This document shows, piece after piece, positions 47,407 to 60,059 of a stretch of DNA of 64,000 nucleotides (position 1 is the first letter of the stretch; every line of letters begins with the position of its first letter). The notes beneath the pieces are model-generated. The model was not told where the DNA came from and searched no databases. It saw only the letters and a program-made list of their open reading frames with translations. The translations under genes were made by a program, and so were the position numbers. Origin of the DNA: an uncultured Pelagibacteraceae bacterium (lineage in GTDB: Bacteria > Pseudomonadota > Alphaproteobacteria > Pelagibacterales > Pelagibacteraceae); contig CACIRC010000001.1 of the NCBI GenBank assembly GCA_902588895.1, forward strand, positions 17,948 to 81,947. Reading direction: 5' to 3'.

Positions 47407-48968
47407 TATTTCAATTTACTAATTATTAACTCTTTTGTTTCGTTAACACCGAAAAAACTTATAAAAAAACCCATTCTAGGTCCATTTTCATCTCCAAACA
47501 CCACTTCATAAATTAATTTAAACCAATCTCTTAAGTTTTCTGCATACCCATTCTCTTTACCTGTTGAATATATTAATGTTTGTATATCCTCAGGAGACAT
47601 CTGATCATTACATTGTTCTAAAGTTTTAACTAAAGCTTGTAGAGCTAATTTTTCATTTTCAGATGGATTTTTATATTTTTTTTGAGCCTTAATAACATCA
47701 TTAAAATACTTGATTGCATAACCAACTAATCCATCAAAAATTGGAAAGTTTTTTTCATGAATATTGGATTTATATTTTTTCACAAACTTCCATAATAAAT
47801 CTTTATTATCAGCATTACTTGTTTCAACTAAATTCAACAACATAGAAAAGGTCATAATCATTTCTTCTTTTGGAATATTGCCATTATGAACATGCCAAAC
47901 AGGATTCATTACTAATTGTTGTTCTGTTTGTTTTTTTGATTTTTCAATATTATCAAGGTACTCATCTACAGCTTTTGGCACTATTTCCTTATAAAGTTTT
48001 TTAGCTCTTTTTGGATTTTGATACATGTATAAAGATAAGCTTTCAGGTGAGGCATATTTTAACCACTGGTCGATAGTAATACCGTTTCCTTTCGATTTTG
48101 AAATTTTTTCACCCTTTTCATCAAGAAATAATTCGTAAGCAAATCCAGATGGATGTTTTTTACCGATTAAATTTATAATTTTGGTCGATAAAATTGCACT
48201 CTCAATAAGGTCTTTTCCATACATTTCAAAATCTATATCTAGAGCATACCATCTCATAGCCCAATCAACTTTCCATTGTAATTTACAATTTCCATCCAAA
48301 ATACTAGATTCTAATTTTTTACCCTTGTTATCAAAAATTATTTTAGAATTTTTTTTATCGATTTCTATAACTGGTATTTCGAGAACATGTCCTGTGTCTG
48401 GACAAATAGGTAAAAAAGGACAATAAGTTTGTTGACGTTCTTTGCCTAAAGTTGGAAGTATAATATTCATTATACCATCATAATTTTCTAAAATAATTTT
48501 CAAAGTTGGATTGAAAAAACCACCTTTATATAAAGATGTTGAACTTTTAAAACTGTATTTAAAATTAAAACTGTTTAAAAAATCTTTTAACATTTCATTA
48601 TTATGCTCTCCAAAACTTGCAAATTTTTCAAATGGATCTGGAACTTGTGTTAATGGTTTATGTAAGTTTTTGTTTAGCAATTCCTGATTAGGAACGTTAT
48701 CAGGAACTTTTCTTAAACCATCCATATCATCAGAAAAAGTAATTATCTCTGTCGGTAAATCTGTAAGTTGCTCTAAGGCATTAACCATCATTGAAGTCCT
48801 TGCAACTTCACCAAATGTTCCGATATGAGGAAGGCCACTTGGACCATATCCTGTTTGAAGGGTAATTTTCCCTTTTTTATCAATAAATGATTTTCTCTCA
48901 CGCAGCATTTTTTTTGCTTCAACGAAAGGCCAAGCACTTGTTTTTTCTAAAATTTCTTTTTTAATCAC
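47406..48968 (-). CDS. lysS: Lysine-tRNA ligase, class I (GTG start)
   Basis: GYGPSGLPHIGT, KLQWKVDW, KISKSKG, GPRMG. Confidence 0.93.
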   Translation of the reverse strand: MIKKEILEKTSAWPFVEAKKMLRERKSFIDKKGKITLQTGYGPSGLPHIGTFGEVARTSMMVNALEQLTDLPTEIITFSDDMDGLRKVPDNVPNQELLNKNLHKPLTQVPDPFEKFASFGEHNNEMLKDFLNSFNFKYSFKSSTSLYKGGFFNPTLKIILENYDGIMNIILPTLGKERQQTYCPFLPICPDTGHVLEIPVIEIDKKNSKIIFDNKGKKLESSILDGNCKLQWKVDWAMRWYALDIDFEMYGKDLIESAILSTKIINLIGKKHPSGFAYELFLDEKGEKISKSKGNGITIDQWLKYASPESLSLYMYQNPKRAKKLYKEIVPKAVDEYLDNIEKSKKQTEQQLVMNPVWHVHNGNIPKEEMIMTFSMLLNLVETSNADNKDLLWKFVKKYKSNIHEKNFPIFDGLVGYAIKYFNDVIKAQKKYKNPSENEKLALQALVKTLEQCNDQMSPEDIQTLIYSTGKENGYAENLRDWFKLIYEVVFGDENGPRMGFFISFFGVNETKELIISKLK

Positions 48969-49059
48969 GAATATATCTTTTATAAAAATCTTAAATTGGC
49001 GATTTTATTAATTCTTATAGAGTTGAAATTTATTTACCATAAAATAATGTTCTTTCAAA

Positions 49060-50499
49060 ATGTCTAATTATAAAACTGTTTTTTTTACACTAGGAATTTT
49101 GCAAATAATTTTAGGGGTCTCAATGTTCATCCCTATTATTGCTCAATTTATTTATTCTGAAATAGACTCATCATTTTTTGGTGCATCTATTGTTACTATA
49201 ATTTTTGGATCATTATTTTTTCTTTCAAATCTAGACCACGACAAGAAATTAAATTTACAACAAGCATTTTTATTAACTGCTTTGTCTTGGTTAAGTATTG
49301 CTATTTTTGGATCTTTACCATTTATATTTTCGACTATGGAGCTTTCAATCACTGATGCTTTTTTTGAGAGTATGTCTGGAATTACAACGACCGGATCTAC
49401 AATTATTTCTAACTTAGAGAATACACCAAAAGGCATTCTATTATGGAGAGCAATACTTCAGTGGTTAGGTGGTATTGGTATAATTGTAATGGCAATTACC
49501 CTAATGCCTATAATGAATGTTGGTGGTATGCAATTATTTAAAATTTCTAGCAACGACTCATCTGAAAAAATTCTTCCTAAATCCAAAGAAATAGCTTTAA
49601 GACTTATTTATATTTATTCAGGTCTAACCGCTCTTTGTGCATTATCTTATTGGATATTTGGAATGGGAAAATTTGATAGTTTAACTCATTCTATGACTAC
49701 TATAGCTACAGGTGGATTTTCGAATTATAATCAATCTATCGGATATTTTAACAGTGTTCCTATAGAAATATCATCGATGATTTTTATAATTTTAGGAAGT
49801 ATTCCATTTATTGCATACATTAAATTTATTAGTGGTAATAAAAGAATATTTTTAAACGATATTCAAATCAGAACATTTATTAAAATAATAATTATAAGTA
49901 TTATTATATTATCAATATATTTATTATTTAATAATAACGGAAACTTTAATTTAAGATCTATTTTTTTTAATACGATTTCAATATTGACTGGAACAGGTTA
50001 TGTTAATGCAGAATTTGATAGTTGGGGAAGCTTTCCTATAACAATATTTCTTGCACTAATGTTTATTGGAGGATGCGCTGGATCTACTACTTGTGGTATT
50101 AAAATCTTTAGAATTCAAATTTTATATTTATTTATATTAAATCAATTAAAAAAATTTATATATCCCAAGGGAATATTTGTAATTAAATACGATCAAGGAT
50201 CTGTTGATGATAAATTTATTGCATCAATAATTTCATTTATTTATTTTTACTTTGTTATTTTTTTTATTTTAGCTGCATTATTATCATTAACAGGTCTCGA
50301 TTTTATAACTGCTATCTCTGGAGCAGCAACATCAATATCAAATGTTGGTCCAGGTTTAGGTCCTATAATTGGGCCTAATGGAGATTTTTCAGCTCTGCCC
50401 GATATTTCTAAATGGATCTTAACCGTAGGTATGATTTTAGGTAGACTTGAGTTGTTTGCAATATTAGTATTGTTCTTACCATCTTTTTGGAGAAATTAA
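49060..50499 (+). CDS. trkH: Trk potassium uptake membrane protein
   Basis: FESMSGITTTG, ATGGFS, GGCAGST, SNVGPG, GRLE. Confidence 0.95.
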   Translation: MSNYKTVFFTLGILQIILGVSMFIPIIAQFIYSEIDSSFFGASIVTIIFGSLFFLSNLDHDKKLNLQQAFLLTALSWLSIAIFGSLPFIFSTMELSITDAFFESMSGITTTGSTIISNLENTPKGILLWRAILQWLGGIGIIVMAITLMPIMNVGGMQLFKISSNDSSEKILPKSKEIALRLIYIYSGLTALCALSYWIFGMGKFDSLTHSMTTIATGGFSNYNQSIGYFNSVPIEISSMIFIILGSIPFIAYIKFISGNKRIFLNDIQIRTFIKIIIISIIILSIYLLFNNNGNFNLRSIFFNTISILTGTGYVNAEFDSWGSFPITIFLALMFIGGCAGSTTCGIKIFRIQILYLFILNQLKKFIYPKGIFVIKYDQGSVDDKFIASIISFIYFYFVIFFILAALLSLTGLDFITAISGAATSISNVGPGLGPIIGPNGDFSALPDISKWILTVGMILGRLELFAILVLFLPSFWRN

Positions 50500-50501
50500 T
50501 T

Positions 50502-51878
50502 ATGTCTGAAACAAAGGAACAAACATGGCTTGATTCTCTTGCAGTTTATAAAGATATTCGAATGATAAGAATTCTTTTATTAGGTGCAATAAGTGGTTTC
50601 CCATGGGTATTAATTGCAAGTAGCTTGAGTCTTTGGCTTAAAGAAGAAGGTCTTAGTAGATCAACAATTGGATGGGCAGGGTTAATTTTTGGAGTATACG
50701 CTTTCAATTATTTGTGGGCTCCCATTGTAGATAGAATTCAAATTCCCATACTAACAAAAAAATTGGGCCACAGAAGAGGCTGGATAGTTTTGATGCAATT
50801 AATTATTTTGTTAAGTCTTGTTGTTTGGAGTGTGATTAATCCAACTGAAAATTTGGCTTTATTAATTACTGTGGGTTTAATTATTGCTATTGCGTCAGCA
50901 ACCCAAGATATAACTGTAGATGCATTAAGAATTGAACAGATAAATGAAAATGAAGGAAAATCAATGGCTGCTGGTGCAGCCATGGCTGTTGTTGGTTGGT
51001 GGACAGGTTATAAATTAGGTGGAGTTGTTGCTTTATTTACGGCAGAATTTTTTGAAAACCTAGGAGTAGCTGACTACTGGCAAGCTACTTTTTTAATTTT
51101 AGGTATTTTAATAATTTTAATGAATATTGGATTAATGTTTGTTCATGAACCCATAGAGACAAACAGACAAGCAAAACAGAGAGAAACAGACAAATTAATT
51201 GAGGGAAAACTTGGATCTAGCAATATTATTACAAACTTTATCGCTTATATTACAGGAACTATAGGCGGACCTATTATTAGTTTTTTTAAAAAAAATGGTT
51301 TTGCCATTGCAGCTGGAATTTTAGGATTTGTTTTCTTATTTAAGATAGGTGAGGCATTTATGGGAAGAATGTCTATTGTATTTTATAAAGAAATTGGTTT
51401 CTCTAAAGGTCAAATTGCAATTTATTCAAAAGGTCTTGGCTGGATAACAACAGTTGTATTTACTTTGTTGGGTGGAATAATGGCCATGAGAGCTGGAACA
51501 ATTAAAACTATGTTCTTTGCTGGTGGGTTAATGGCTATAACCAATCTTTTATTTGCAGTTTTAGCATGGACTGGAAAATCAGAAATTTTATTTGCAATTG
51601 CGGTTATAGCTGATGATATCACAGCAGCTTTTGCAACTGTAGCATTTGTTGCATTTATATCATTACTAGTTGATAGAACTTATACAGCCACACAATATGC
51701 ATTGCTTGCTTCAATTGGTACTGCTGGTCGTACTACTTTAGCTTCATCCTCAGGAGCTCTAGTTGACTGGTTAAACGGAGATTGGGGAACATTTTTTGTT
51801 TTAACGACTATAATGGTGATACCATCATTAATTTGTTTGTGGTTAATTAAAAACAAAATTAAAATTAGTGCAAAATAA
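50502..51878 (+). CDS. ampG: AmpG-family muropeptide MFS permease
   Basis: G..SGFP, WAPIVD, RRGW, SATQDI.VDA, TATQYALL. Confidence 0.88.
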   Translation: MSETKEQTWLDSLAVYKDIRMIRILLLGAISGFPWVLIASSLSLWLKEEGLSRSTIGWAGLIFGVYAFNYLWAPIVDRIQIPILTKKLGHRRGWIVLMQLIILLSLVVWSVINPTENLALLITVGLIIAIASATQDITVDALRIEQINENEGKSMAAGAAMAVVGWWTGYKLGGVVALFTAEFFENLGVADYWQATFLILGILIILMNIGLMFVHEPIETNRQAKQRETDKLIEGKLGSSNIITNFIAYITGTIGGPIISFFKKNGFAIAAGILGFVFLFKIGEAFMGRMSIVFYKEIGFSKGQIAIYSKGLGWITTVVFTLLGGIMAMRAGTIKTMFFAGGLMAITNLLFAVLAWTGKSEILFAIAVIADDITAAFATVAFVAFISLLVDRTYTATQYALLASIGTAGRTTLASSSGALVDWLNGDWGTFFVLTTIMVIPSLICLWLIKNKIKISAK

Positions 51879-52614
51879 TTTTTATTTCATAGGTAATTTT
51901 TCGAATATTTACAAAAATTCTTCGAAAAGATCTGAGGTAACTTCACAAATTATACATGGTGAAAAATTCAAAATATTAGCAAAAAATAAAAATTGGATAA
52001 AAATTAAAACTTTATTTGATAATTATAAGGGGTTTATAAAAAATTCAAAATATATAGAAAAATTTAGCCCCAATTATAAAGTCAGTTCACTAAAAGCAAA
52101 GATTTATAAAAAACCTGGAATTGGAACTAGCAGTTGGCTTCCACTTGCATCCAAATTATCTGTATTTGAACAAAATAAGAATTACGTAAAAATTGAAAAA
52201 AATAAATGGATTAAAAAAGCAGATATTAAAAAAATAAACCATAAAGAAAATAATTTTACAAAAATATTTAAAAAATTTCTCGATGTAAAATATGTTTGGG
52301 GTGGAAAAACATTTAAAGGTATTGATTGTTCGGCCTTATTGCAAATATTTTATTGTTATAATAATTCGTTTTATCCAAGAGATACAAAAGATCAGATCAA
52401 ATATACAAAAAAGAATTCAAAGAAAAGACTATTTAAAAAAGGAGATATTATTTTTTGGAAAGGTCATGTTGCTATGTGTTTAAATTCTAAACAACTAATT
52501 CATGCTTATGGTCCAGAAAGAAAAGTAATTATTATGCCAATTATAGAAACAATTAATAAAATTGAAAAAACTGCCAAGCTAAAGGTAAAAAAAGTATCTA
52601 GAATAAAATATTAA
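51868..52614 (+). CDS. SH3-like plus NlpC/P60 (C40) peptidase (GTG start)
   Basis: YVWGG, GIDCSA, PRDT, FWKGHV, IHA. Confidence 0.85.
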   Translation: MQNNFYFIGNFSNIYKNSSKRSEVTSQIIHGEKFKILAKNKNWIKIKTLFDNYKGFIKNSKYIEKFSPNYKVSSLKAKIYKKPGIGTSSWLPLASKLSVFEQNKNYVKIEKNKWIKKADIKKINHKENNFTKIFKKFLDVKYVWGGKTFKGIDCSALLQIFYCYNNSFYPRDTKDQIKYTKKNSKKRLFKKGDIIFWKGHVAMCLNSKQLIHAYGPERKVIIMPIIETINKIEKTAKLKVKKVSRIKY

Positions 52615-53507
52615 TTTCTTCCAAAGTCAGGCTTGTCTATATCTTGTTTCAATTTGATGATTTTTGACCTTACTTTTTTAGTCTGAATAAGTTTCTTTAC
52701 AATAGACTTATTATTTTTTGAATTAATATCTTTTTTAAATTGATTTAAATTTTTAATAAATAAATCAATCGCTTTTGAAATATTATTTTTATTGTTAAAA
52801 AAAATATCTCTCCACATAATTTCATTTGATGCTGCAATCCTAGAAAAATCTCGTAATCCACCAGCGCTATATTTGATTAGCTCATAATTTTGTTTTTTCT
52901 CAAAATCTTGTGCAGATTTCACCAGATTATATGCAATTAAGTGTGGTAAATGACTAGTAATAGAAAAAATTTTGTCATGTTTTTCAGCGCTCATAACAAC
53001 TACTTTTGCTCCAATTTTTTTCCAAAACCTAGTTAGAATATTTATATTATTTTTTTTAATATTTTTTTCTTTAATTATTATGCACCATCTATCATTAAAC
53101 ATATTTTCTTTACCATGCTCTGGTCCACTGACCTCTGATCCAGCTATCGGGTGACTTTGAATCCAATGAATACCTTTCTTTAAAAATTTATTTATAATTT
53201 TAGAAGTTTCAATTTTTGAAGAACCAATATCTGTAATCAATGTTTTCGATGGTATAAATTTATTAATTTTTAAAATAATATTTTTGTATTCACTCATTGG
53301 TGTACAAAAGATGATTAAATCAGAATTACTTGTACCTTCTTTTAATGATTTAACAATTGTTCCAGGTAATTTTAATCTTTTTATCTTAGCAATATTTGAT
53401 TTTGATTTTTCATAAATAAATATTTTTTTTGCTATTTTTTTTTTGCTAATACGCCTTAATAAAGATGAACCTAGTAATCCACAGCCAATAATTAAAATAT
53501 TTTTCAT
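52611..53507 (-). CDS. tyrA: Prephenate/arogenate (cyclohexadienyl) dehydrogenase
   Basis: IIGCGLLG, DIGS.K, HPIAG.E, HD...SHLPH, RDFSRIA. Confidence 0.9.
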   Translation of the reverse strand: MKNILIIGCGLLGSSLLRRISKKKIAKKIFIYEKSKSNIAKIKRLKLPGTIVKSLKEGTSNSDLIIFCTPMSEYKNIILKINKFIPSKTLITDIGSSKIETSKIINKFLKKGIHWIQSHPIAGSEVSGPEHGKENMFNDRWCIIIKEKNIKKNNINILTRFWKKIGAKVVVMSAEKHDKIFSITSHLPHLIAYNLVKSAQDFEKKQNYELIKYSAGGLRDFSRIAASNEIMWRDIFFNNKNNISKAIDLFIKNLNQFKKDINSKNNKSIVKKLIQTKKVRSKIIKLKQDIDKPDFGRN

Positions 53508-54589
53508 TTTTTCAATACTTGCTTAATAACACTCATAAATTTTAAGTTTTCTTTTTTAGATCCTATAGTTAACCTTAATTTATTCTTTATATGATAACCA
53601 TCTTCTGTTGATCTTAAAATAATTCCCTTATTTTTAAGTTTTTCATAGAGAAATTTTGCTGAATATCTGCATTTTTCAAAATTAAGTAACAAAAAATTTG
53701 CTGAAACTGAATTTGAAAAAATATTATATGTCTCAAGAAATTTCTTAATTTTTTCAGAATATAATAAATTATGTCTAATCGATTTATTTATGAAAGCTTT
53801 ATCCTTCAGTGACTCGGTGGCTGCTAATTGAGCAATACCATTTACATTAAATGGTGGTTTTGTAATATTTAGCGCATCAACTATTTTTTTTGATCCATAT
53901 CCCCAACCTACTCTCAGAGAAGCTAATCCAAATATTTTTGAAAAAGTTCTAAGGATGAAAACATTGTCTTTATTTTTAAACAAATCAAGCCCAGATGAAT
54001 AATCTTTGTTTTTCATATATTCTGCATAGGCATCATCTATAACTAGTAAAATTTTTTTATTTAATCTTTTTCTTAATTCTAAAACTTCTTTTTTCGTTAA
54101 GTAAGTTCCTGTAGGATTGTTTGGGTTAGCTATAAACACAATTTTAGTTTTTTTTGTTATTCTTTTTAAAATTTCATTTACTGAAACTTTAAAATTAATT
54201 TCTTTTGCAAATACAACTTTTGCGCCTAAAATTTTTGAGTAAATTCTGTACATTAAAAAACTGTACTCTGGTACCACAACCTCATCTTTTGGGTTTAAAA
54301 ACAACTGACAGAGCATTTGAATAACTTCATCTGAACCAGCTCCACAAATAATTTTCTCAGAATTACATTTATAAGCTTTAGATATTGCTTTTCTTAAATT
54401 TTGAGATTTTCCATCTGGATATTTATCTAAATTCAGATTTTTATTTGATATTATTTTCTTTGCTTTAGGGCTCATACCTAAAGCAGACTCATTTGCAGAA
54501 AGCTTAATTACGTTCTTAAGTTTCTTAACTTTTGATTTGCCAGGCTTATAAGCCTCAATATCAAATTTTTTGAAATTTGGAGTTGTCAT
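53504..54589 (-). CDS. hisC: Histidinol-phosphate aminotransferase
   Basis: KLSANE, GSDE, NPNNPTG, D.AY, RTFSKIFGLA.LRVG. Confidence 0.93.
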   Translation of the reverse strand: MTTPNFKKFDIEAYKPGKSKVKKLKNVIKLSANESALGMSPKAKKIISNKNLNLDKYPDGKSQNLRKAISKAYKCNSEKIICGAGSDEVIQMLCQLFLNPKDEVVVPEYSFLMYRIYSKILGAKVVFAKEINFKVSVNEILKRITKKTKIVFIANPNNPTGTYLTKKEVLELRKRLNKKILLVIDDAYAEYMKNKDYSSGLDLFKNKDNVFILRTFSKIFGLASLRVGWGYGSKKIVDALNITKPPFNVNGIAQLAATESLKDKAFINKSIRHNLLYSEKIKKFLETYNIFSNSVSANFLLLNFEKCRYSAKFLYEKLKNKGIILRSTEDGYHIKNKLRLTIGSKKENLKFMSVIKQVLKK

Positions 54590-54662
54590 TTTTTTTAATT
54601 TATGTGCTCTTTATAGATAAAATTACAAAATTTTATAGAGAATAAGAGGATTTTTTAAAAAA

Positions 54663-54691
54663 TTGACATAATAAATAAGTTCTAGTAAAAA
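54663..54691 (+). promoter_or_regulatory. Putative sigma70 promoter for the riboswitch-metXW transcript
   Basis: TTGACA (54663-54668), 17 nt, weak -10 TAAAAA, just upstream of the aptamer. Confidence 0.5.
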
Positions 54692-54696
54692 AATTA

Positions 54697-54746
54697 TGCG
54701 CTGATTTAACTGAATTGCGAGCGCTTAAAAAAAACCGCTAAAATAG
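54697..54746 (+). ncRNA. SAM-II riboswitch (H-type pseudoknot) upstream of metX
   Basis: GCGCTGATTTAAC...TTGCG-AGCGC...CGCTAAAATAG: P1 GCGCT/AGCGC, conserved GATTT and GCTAAA, P2 TTGCG/CGC(T)AA and CTG/TAG. Confidence 0.9.
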
Positions 54747-54780
54747 TTTTTTTTCTCACAATTCGAAACAGTCAAAAACT

Positions 54781-55896
54781 ATGAATACTGAAAAAAACAT
54801 AAAAACTTTAATTGTAAAGGAACCACTAAAATTAGACTGTGGAAAGACCATAAAAGATTTTCCAATAGCCTATGAAACTTACGGTTCACTTAATTCAAAA
54901 AAAGATAATGCAATATTAGTTTTTCATGCTCTAACAGGAGATCAATTTGTAACAGGAATAAACCCTGCAACTAACAAAGAGGGTTGGTGGAGTTATGCAG
55001 TAGGTCCTGATAAGGCTATCGATACAAATAAATATTTTGTTATTTGCTCTAACGTAATTGGTGGATGTATGGGATCATACGGACCAAGTCATAAAGATCC
55101 TAATCAAAAAATTTTTGGAACAAATTTTCCAGTAATTACAATTAATGACATGGTGAATGCTCAATATAATTTACTTGATCATTTTGGTATTGATAAACTA
55201 TTTTCTATAACTGGTGGTTCAATGGGAGGTATGCAAGTCCTTCAGTTTATTAGTAACTTTCCTGATAAATCTAAAACAGTGATACCGATAGCAACCACAT
55301 CTAGTCATTCAGCACAAAATATCGCTTTTAACGAGCTAGGTAGACAAGCTATTACAGCTGATAGTAACTGGAAAGATGGGAATTATACATCAAACGAAAC
55401 TAATCCCGGAAAAGGATTGGCAGTAGCTAGAATGGCAGCTCATATTACATATTTATCTAAAAAAGGTTTGCAGGAAAAATTTGGAAGAAAGTTACAAGAA
55501 AGAGAAGATCTTAAATTTGGATTTGATGCTGATTTTCAAATAGAAAGTTATTTGAGATATCAGGGTTCAGTTTTTGTAGATAGATTTGATGCAAATAGTT
55601 ATCTTTATATTACTAGAGCTATGGATTATTTTGATTTAGCAAAACAATTCAATGGTAATCTTTCAGAAGCATTTAAAAATACAAACGCGAAATTTTTTAT
55701 AATTTCATTTACTTCAGATTGGCTTTATCCAACCCAAGAAAACAAAGATATTGTGATTGCTTTAAACTCAATAGGAGCTGATGTTGGATTTGTAGAAATT
55801 GAGTCGGATAAAGGTCACGACTCCTTTTTACTAGACGTTCCTGATTTCTTAAATGCACTTAAAAACTTTTTAGATAAATCTTACGAAGAAAATTAA
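54781..55896 (+). CDS. metX: Homoserine O-acyl(acetyl)transferase
   Basis: HALTGD, GGCMGS, GGSMGG, RFDANSY, SDWLY, GHDSFL. Confidence 0.93.
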   Translation: MNTEKNIKTLIVKEPLKLDCGKTIKDFPIAYETYGSLNSKKDNAILVFHALTGDQFVTGINPATNKEGWWSYAVGPDKAIDTNKYFVICSNVIGGCMGSYGPSHKDPNQKIFGTNFPVITINDMVNAQYNLLDHFGIDKLFSITGGSMGGMQVLQFISNFPDKSKTVIPIATTSSHSAQNIAFNELGRQAITADSNWKDGNYTSNETNPGKGLAVARMAAHITYLSKKGLQEKFGRKLQEREDLKFGFDADFQIESYLRYQGSVFVDRFDANSYLYITRAMDYFDLAKQFNGNLSEAFKNTNAKFFIISFTSDWLYPTQENKDIVIALNSIGADVGFVEIESDKGHDSFLLDVPDFLNALKNFLDKSYEEN

Positions 55897-55898
55897 TT

Positions 55899-56495
55899 AT
55901 GAAAAATGAATTTCAGGTAATAGCAGATTTAATTGAAAAAGATAAGAAAGTCTTAGATGTAGGTTGTGCTGATGGAACTTTGATGAAATTTTTAAAGGAT
56001 AATAAAAACATAAATATAAGAGGATTAGAAATTTCAAAAGAAAGAGTGCAAGAATGTATTGCAAAAGGTTTAACTGTAATTGAAGGAAATGCTGAAAAAG
56101 ATTTAAAACAATTTCCAGACAAATCATTTGATTATGTTATTTTAAGTCAAACCCTTCAAGCTTTTCTTAATCCTGAATTGGTTTTAGATGAACTTTTAAG
56201 AGTTGGAAAAAAAGCAATAGTTACAATTCCTAATTTTGGATATTGGAAAGTAAGATTTCATTTATTATTTAAAGGTACAATGCCGATTACAAAAACATTA
56301 CCAGATGAATGGCATAACACTCCAAATTTACACATGTGCACAATCAAAGATTTTTTTCATTTTGTAAAATCAAAAGATATAAAGATTGTTAAATCACTCG
56401 CTTTAAACAATCTTAATAAATCAACAATAAATCAGAGTAATTTAGGCGTTAAAAATTTGTTTGCAGATCTTGGTATATTTTTGATAGAAAAATAA
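55899..56495 (+). CDS. metW: Methionine biosynthesis protein MetW
   Basis: VLDVGCADG, ILSQTLQ, PNFGYW, TPNLH; follows metX. Confidence 0.92.
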   Translation: MKNEFQVIADLIEKDKKVLDVGCADGTLMKFLKDNKNINIRGLEISKERVQECIAKGLTVIEGNAEKDLKQFPDKSFDYVILSQTLQAFLNPELVLDELLRVGKKAIVTIPNFGYWKVRFHLLFKGTMPITKTLPDEWHNTPNLHMCTIKDFFHFVKSKDIKIVKSLALNNLNKSTINQSNLGVKNLFADLGIFLIEK

Positions 56496-56496
56496 A

Positions 56497-57216
56497 ATGC
56501 GTATTGAAATTATACCCTGTCTTCAAGACAACTATAGCTATTTAATAATAGACGAAAGTAACAATTCTGCGTGTATTGTAGATCCCAGTGAGGCTGAGCC
56601 AATAATAAATTTCCTAAAGAATAAAAATATAAAATTAAAATACATTCTTAATACTCATCATCACTATGATCATATTGGAGGAAATCAAGAATTAAAAAAA
56701 AAATATGGATCAGTTGTAGTAGGTTTTAAAGGAGACTCGAAAAGAATACCAGAGATAGACATATTGTTAGATGATAATCAAATATGGAAAGCCGAAAACT
56801 TTGAAGCTAAAATTATGCATATACCTGGACATACTTCAGGTCATATTTGTTTTAATTTTTTTAAAGAAAAAATAGTTTTTACCGGAGATACACTTTTCTC
56901 ACTTGGTTGTGGAAGAATATTTGAAGGTTCTTATGAGGAAATGTTTGAATCTTTAAACAAAATTAAATTATTACCAGAAGACACAAAAATTTATTGTGGT
57001 CATGAATACACTCTTAACAATGCAAAATTTTGCAAAAAATATGATTCCGAAAACAAAGATTTACAAAAAAAAATAGAAAAAATAGAAAAATTAAGAGAAA
57101 ATGGAATTCCTACGATACCCTCAACTTTAAAAGAGGAATTGAATTGTAATATATTTTTAAGAGCAAAAGATGTTAAAACCTTTTCAAAATTAAGAGATTT
57201 TAAGGATAATTTCTAA
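56497..57216 (+). CDS. gloB: Hydroxyacylglutathione hydrolase (glyoxalase II)
   Basis: DNYSY, THHHYDHIGG, GHTSGH, GDTLF, CGHEYT. Confidence 0.93.
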   Translation: MRIEIIPCLQDNYSYLIIDESNNSACIVDPSEAEPIINFLKNKNIKLKYILNTHHHYDHIGGNQELKKKYGSVVVGFKGDSKRIPEIDILLDDNQIWKAENFEAKIMHIPGHTSGHICFNFFKEKIVFTGDTLFSLGCGRIFEGSYEEMFESLNKIKLLPEDTKIYCGHEYTLNNAKFCKKYDSENKDLQKKIEKIEKLRENGIPTIPSTLKEELNCNIFLRAKDVKTFSKLRDFKDNF

Positions 57217-57225
57217 TTAATTCGG

Positions 57226-57254
57226 CTTGACTAAAGGCTGGCTACAACTATATT
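57226..57254 (+). promoter_or_regulatory. Sigma70 promoter of rplU-rpmA
   Basis: CTTGAC, 16 nt, CTATAT, matching the alphaproteobacterial housekeeping consensus. Confidence 0.7.
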
Positions 57255-57280
57255 GCGGTAACTTTAAATTAAATCATACT

Positions 57281-57679
57281 ATGTCATACGCAGTAATAAA
57301 AACAGGTGGAAAACAGTATAAAGTAAAATCTGGAGAAATTCTAAAGATTGAAAAACTACCAGACTCTAAACCTGAGACTAAAATAGAGTTTAATGAAATC
57401 TTGGCATACGGTGATGATAAATCAATTGAAATTGGAACTCCAAATGTTGAGGGCGCAAAAGTAGAGGCTGATTTAATTAAAAATAGCAAAAATAGAACTA
57501 TTTTAATTTTTAAAAAAAGAAGAAGACAAAATTCAAGAAGAAAAAATGGGCATAGACAACAATATTCTATGATAAGAATTAACAAAATTTTTTCAAAAGA
57601 TGGTAAAGTGTTATCAGAAGCTGAAAAAATTTCTAAAACTTCAAAAAAAGAAGAAGTTAAGGAAGCAGTAAGCAAATAG
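57281..57679 (+). CDS. rplU: 50S ribosomal protein L21 with charged C-terminal extension
   Basis: YAVIKTGGKQYKV, FKKRRRQN, GHRQ. Confidence 0.96.
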   Translation: MSYAVIKTGGKQYKVKSGEILKIEKLPDSKPETKIEFNEILAYGDDKSIEIGTPNVEGAKVEADLIKNSKNRTILIFKKRRRQNSRRKNGHRQQYSMIRINKIFSKDGKVLSEAEKISKTSKKEEVKEAVSK

Positions 57680-57693
57680 TTATTAGGTAAATT

Positions 57694-57948
57694 ATGGCAA
57701 CAAAAAAAGCAGGTGGATCATCACGAAACGGACGAGATAGTGCCGGTAGAAGACTTGGTGTAAAAAAGTATGGTGGTGAAACAGTAATTCCTGGAAACAT
57801 AATTGTTAGACAAAGAGGAACTAAGATTTTTCCAGGTGAAAATGTTGGTATGGGTAAAGATCATTCAATATTTTCAGTTGTTAAAGGGAAAGTTGTTTTC
57901 AAAAAATCTAAATCAGATAGAACTTTTGTTTCTGTAAAGCCCAATTAA
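57694..57948 (+). CDS. rpmA: 50S ribosomal protein L27
   Basis: [21 protein letters not shown]. Confidence 0.97.
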   Translation: MATKKAGGSSRNGRDSAGRRLGVKKYGGETVIPGNIIVRQRGTKIFPGENVGMGKDHSIFSVVKGKVVFKKSKSDRTFVSVKPN

Positions 57949-57964
57949 TAGTACAACCAATTAA

Positions 57965-60059
<2,095 letters not shown>

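Noticed and set aside
54617-54636. Inverted repeat ATAAAATT-ACAA-AATTTTAT between hisC and metX
   Set aside because: Arms are pure A/T and I saw no second copy; likely chance.
2838-57280. Longest-ORF starts at 2838, 4399, 31747, 34585, 42190, 42226, 46403, 50487 and 57227
   Set aside because: The extensions overlap neighbours or promoters; downstream starts fit family N-termini, SDs or promoters better.
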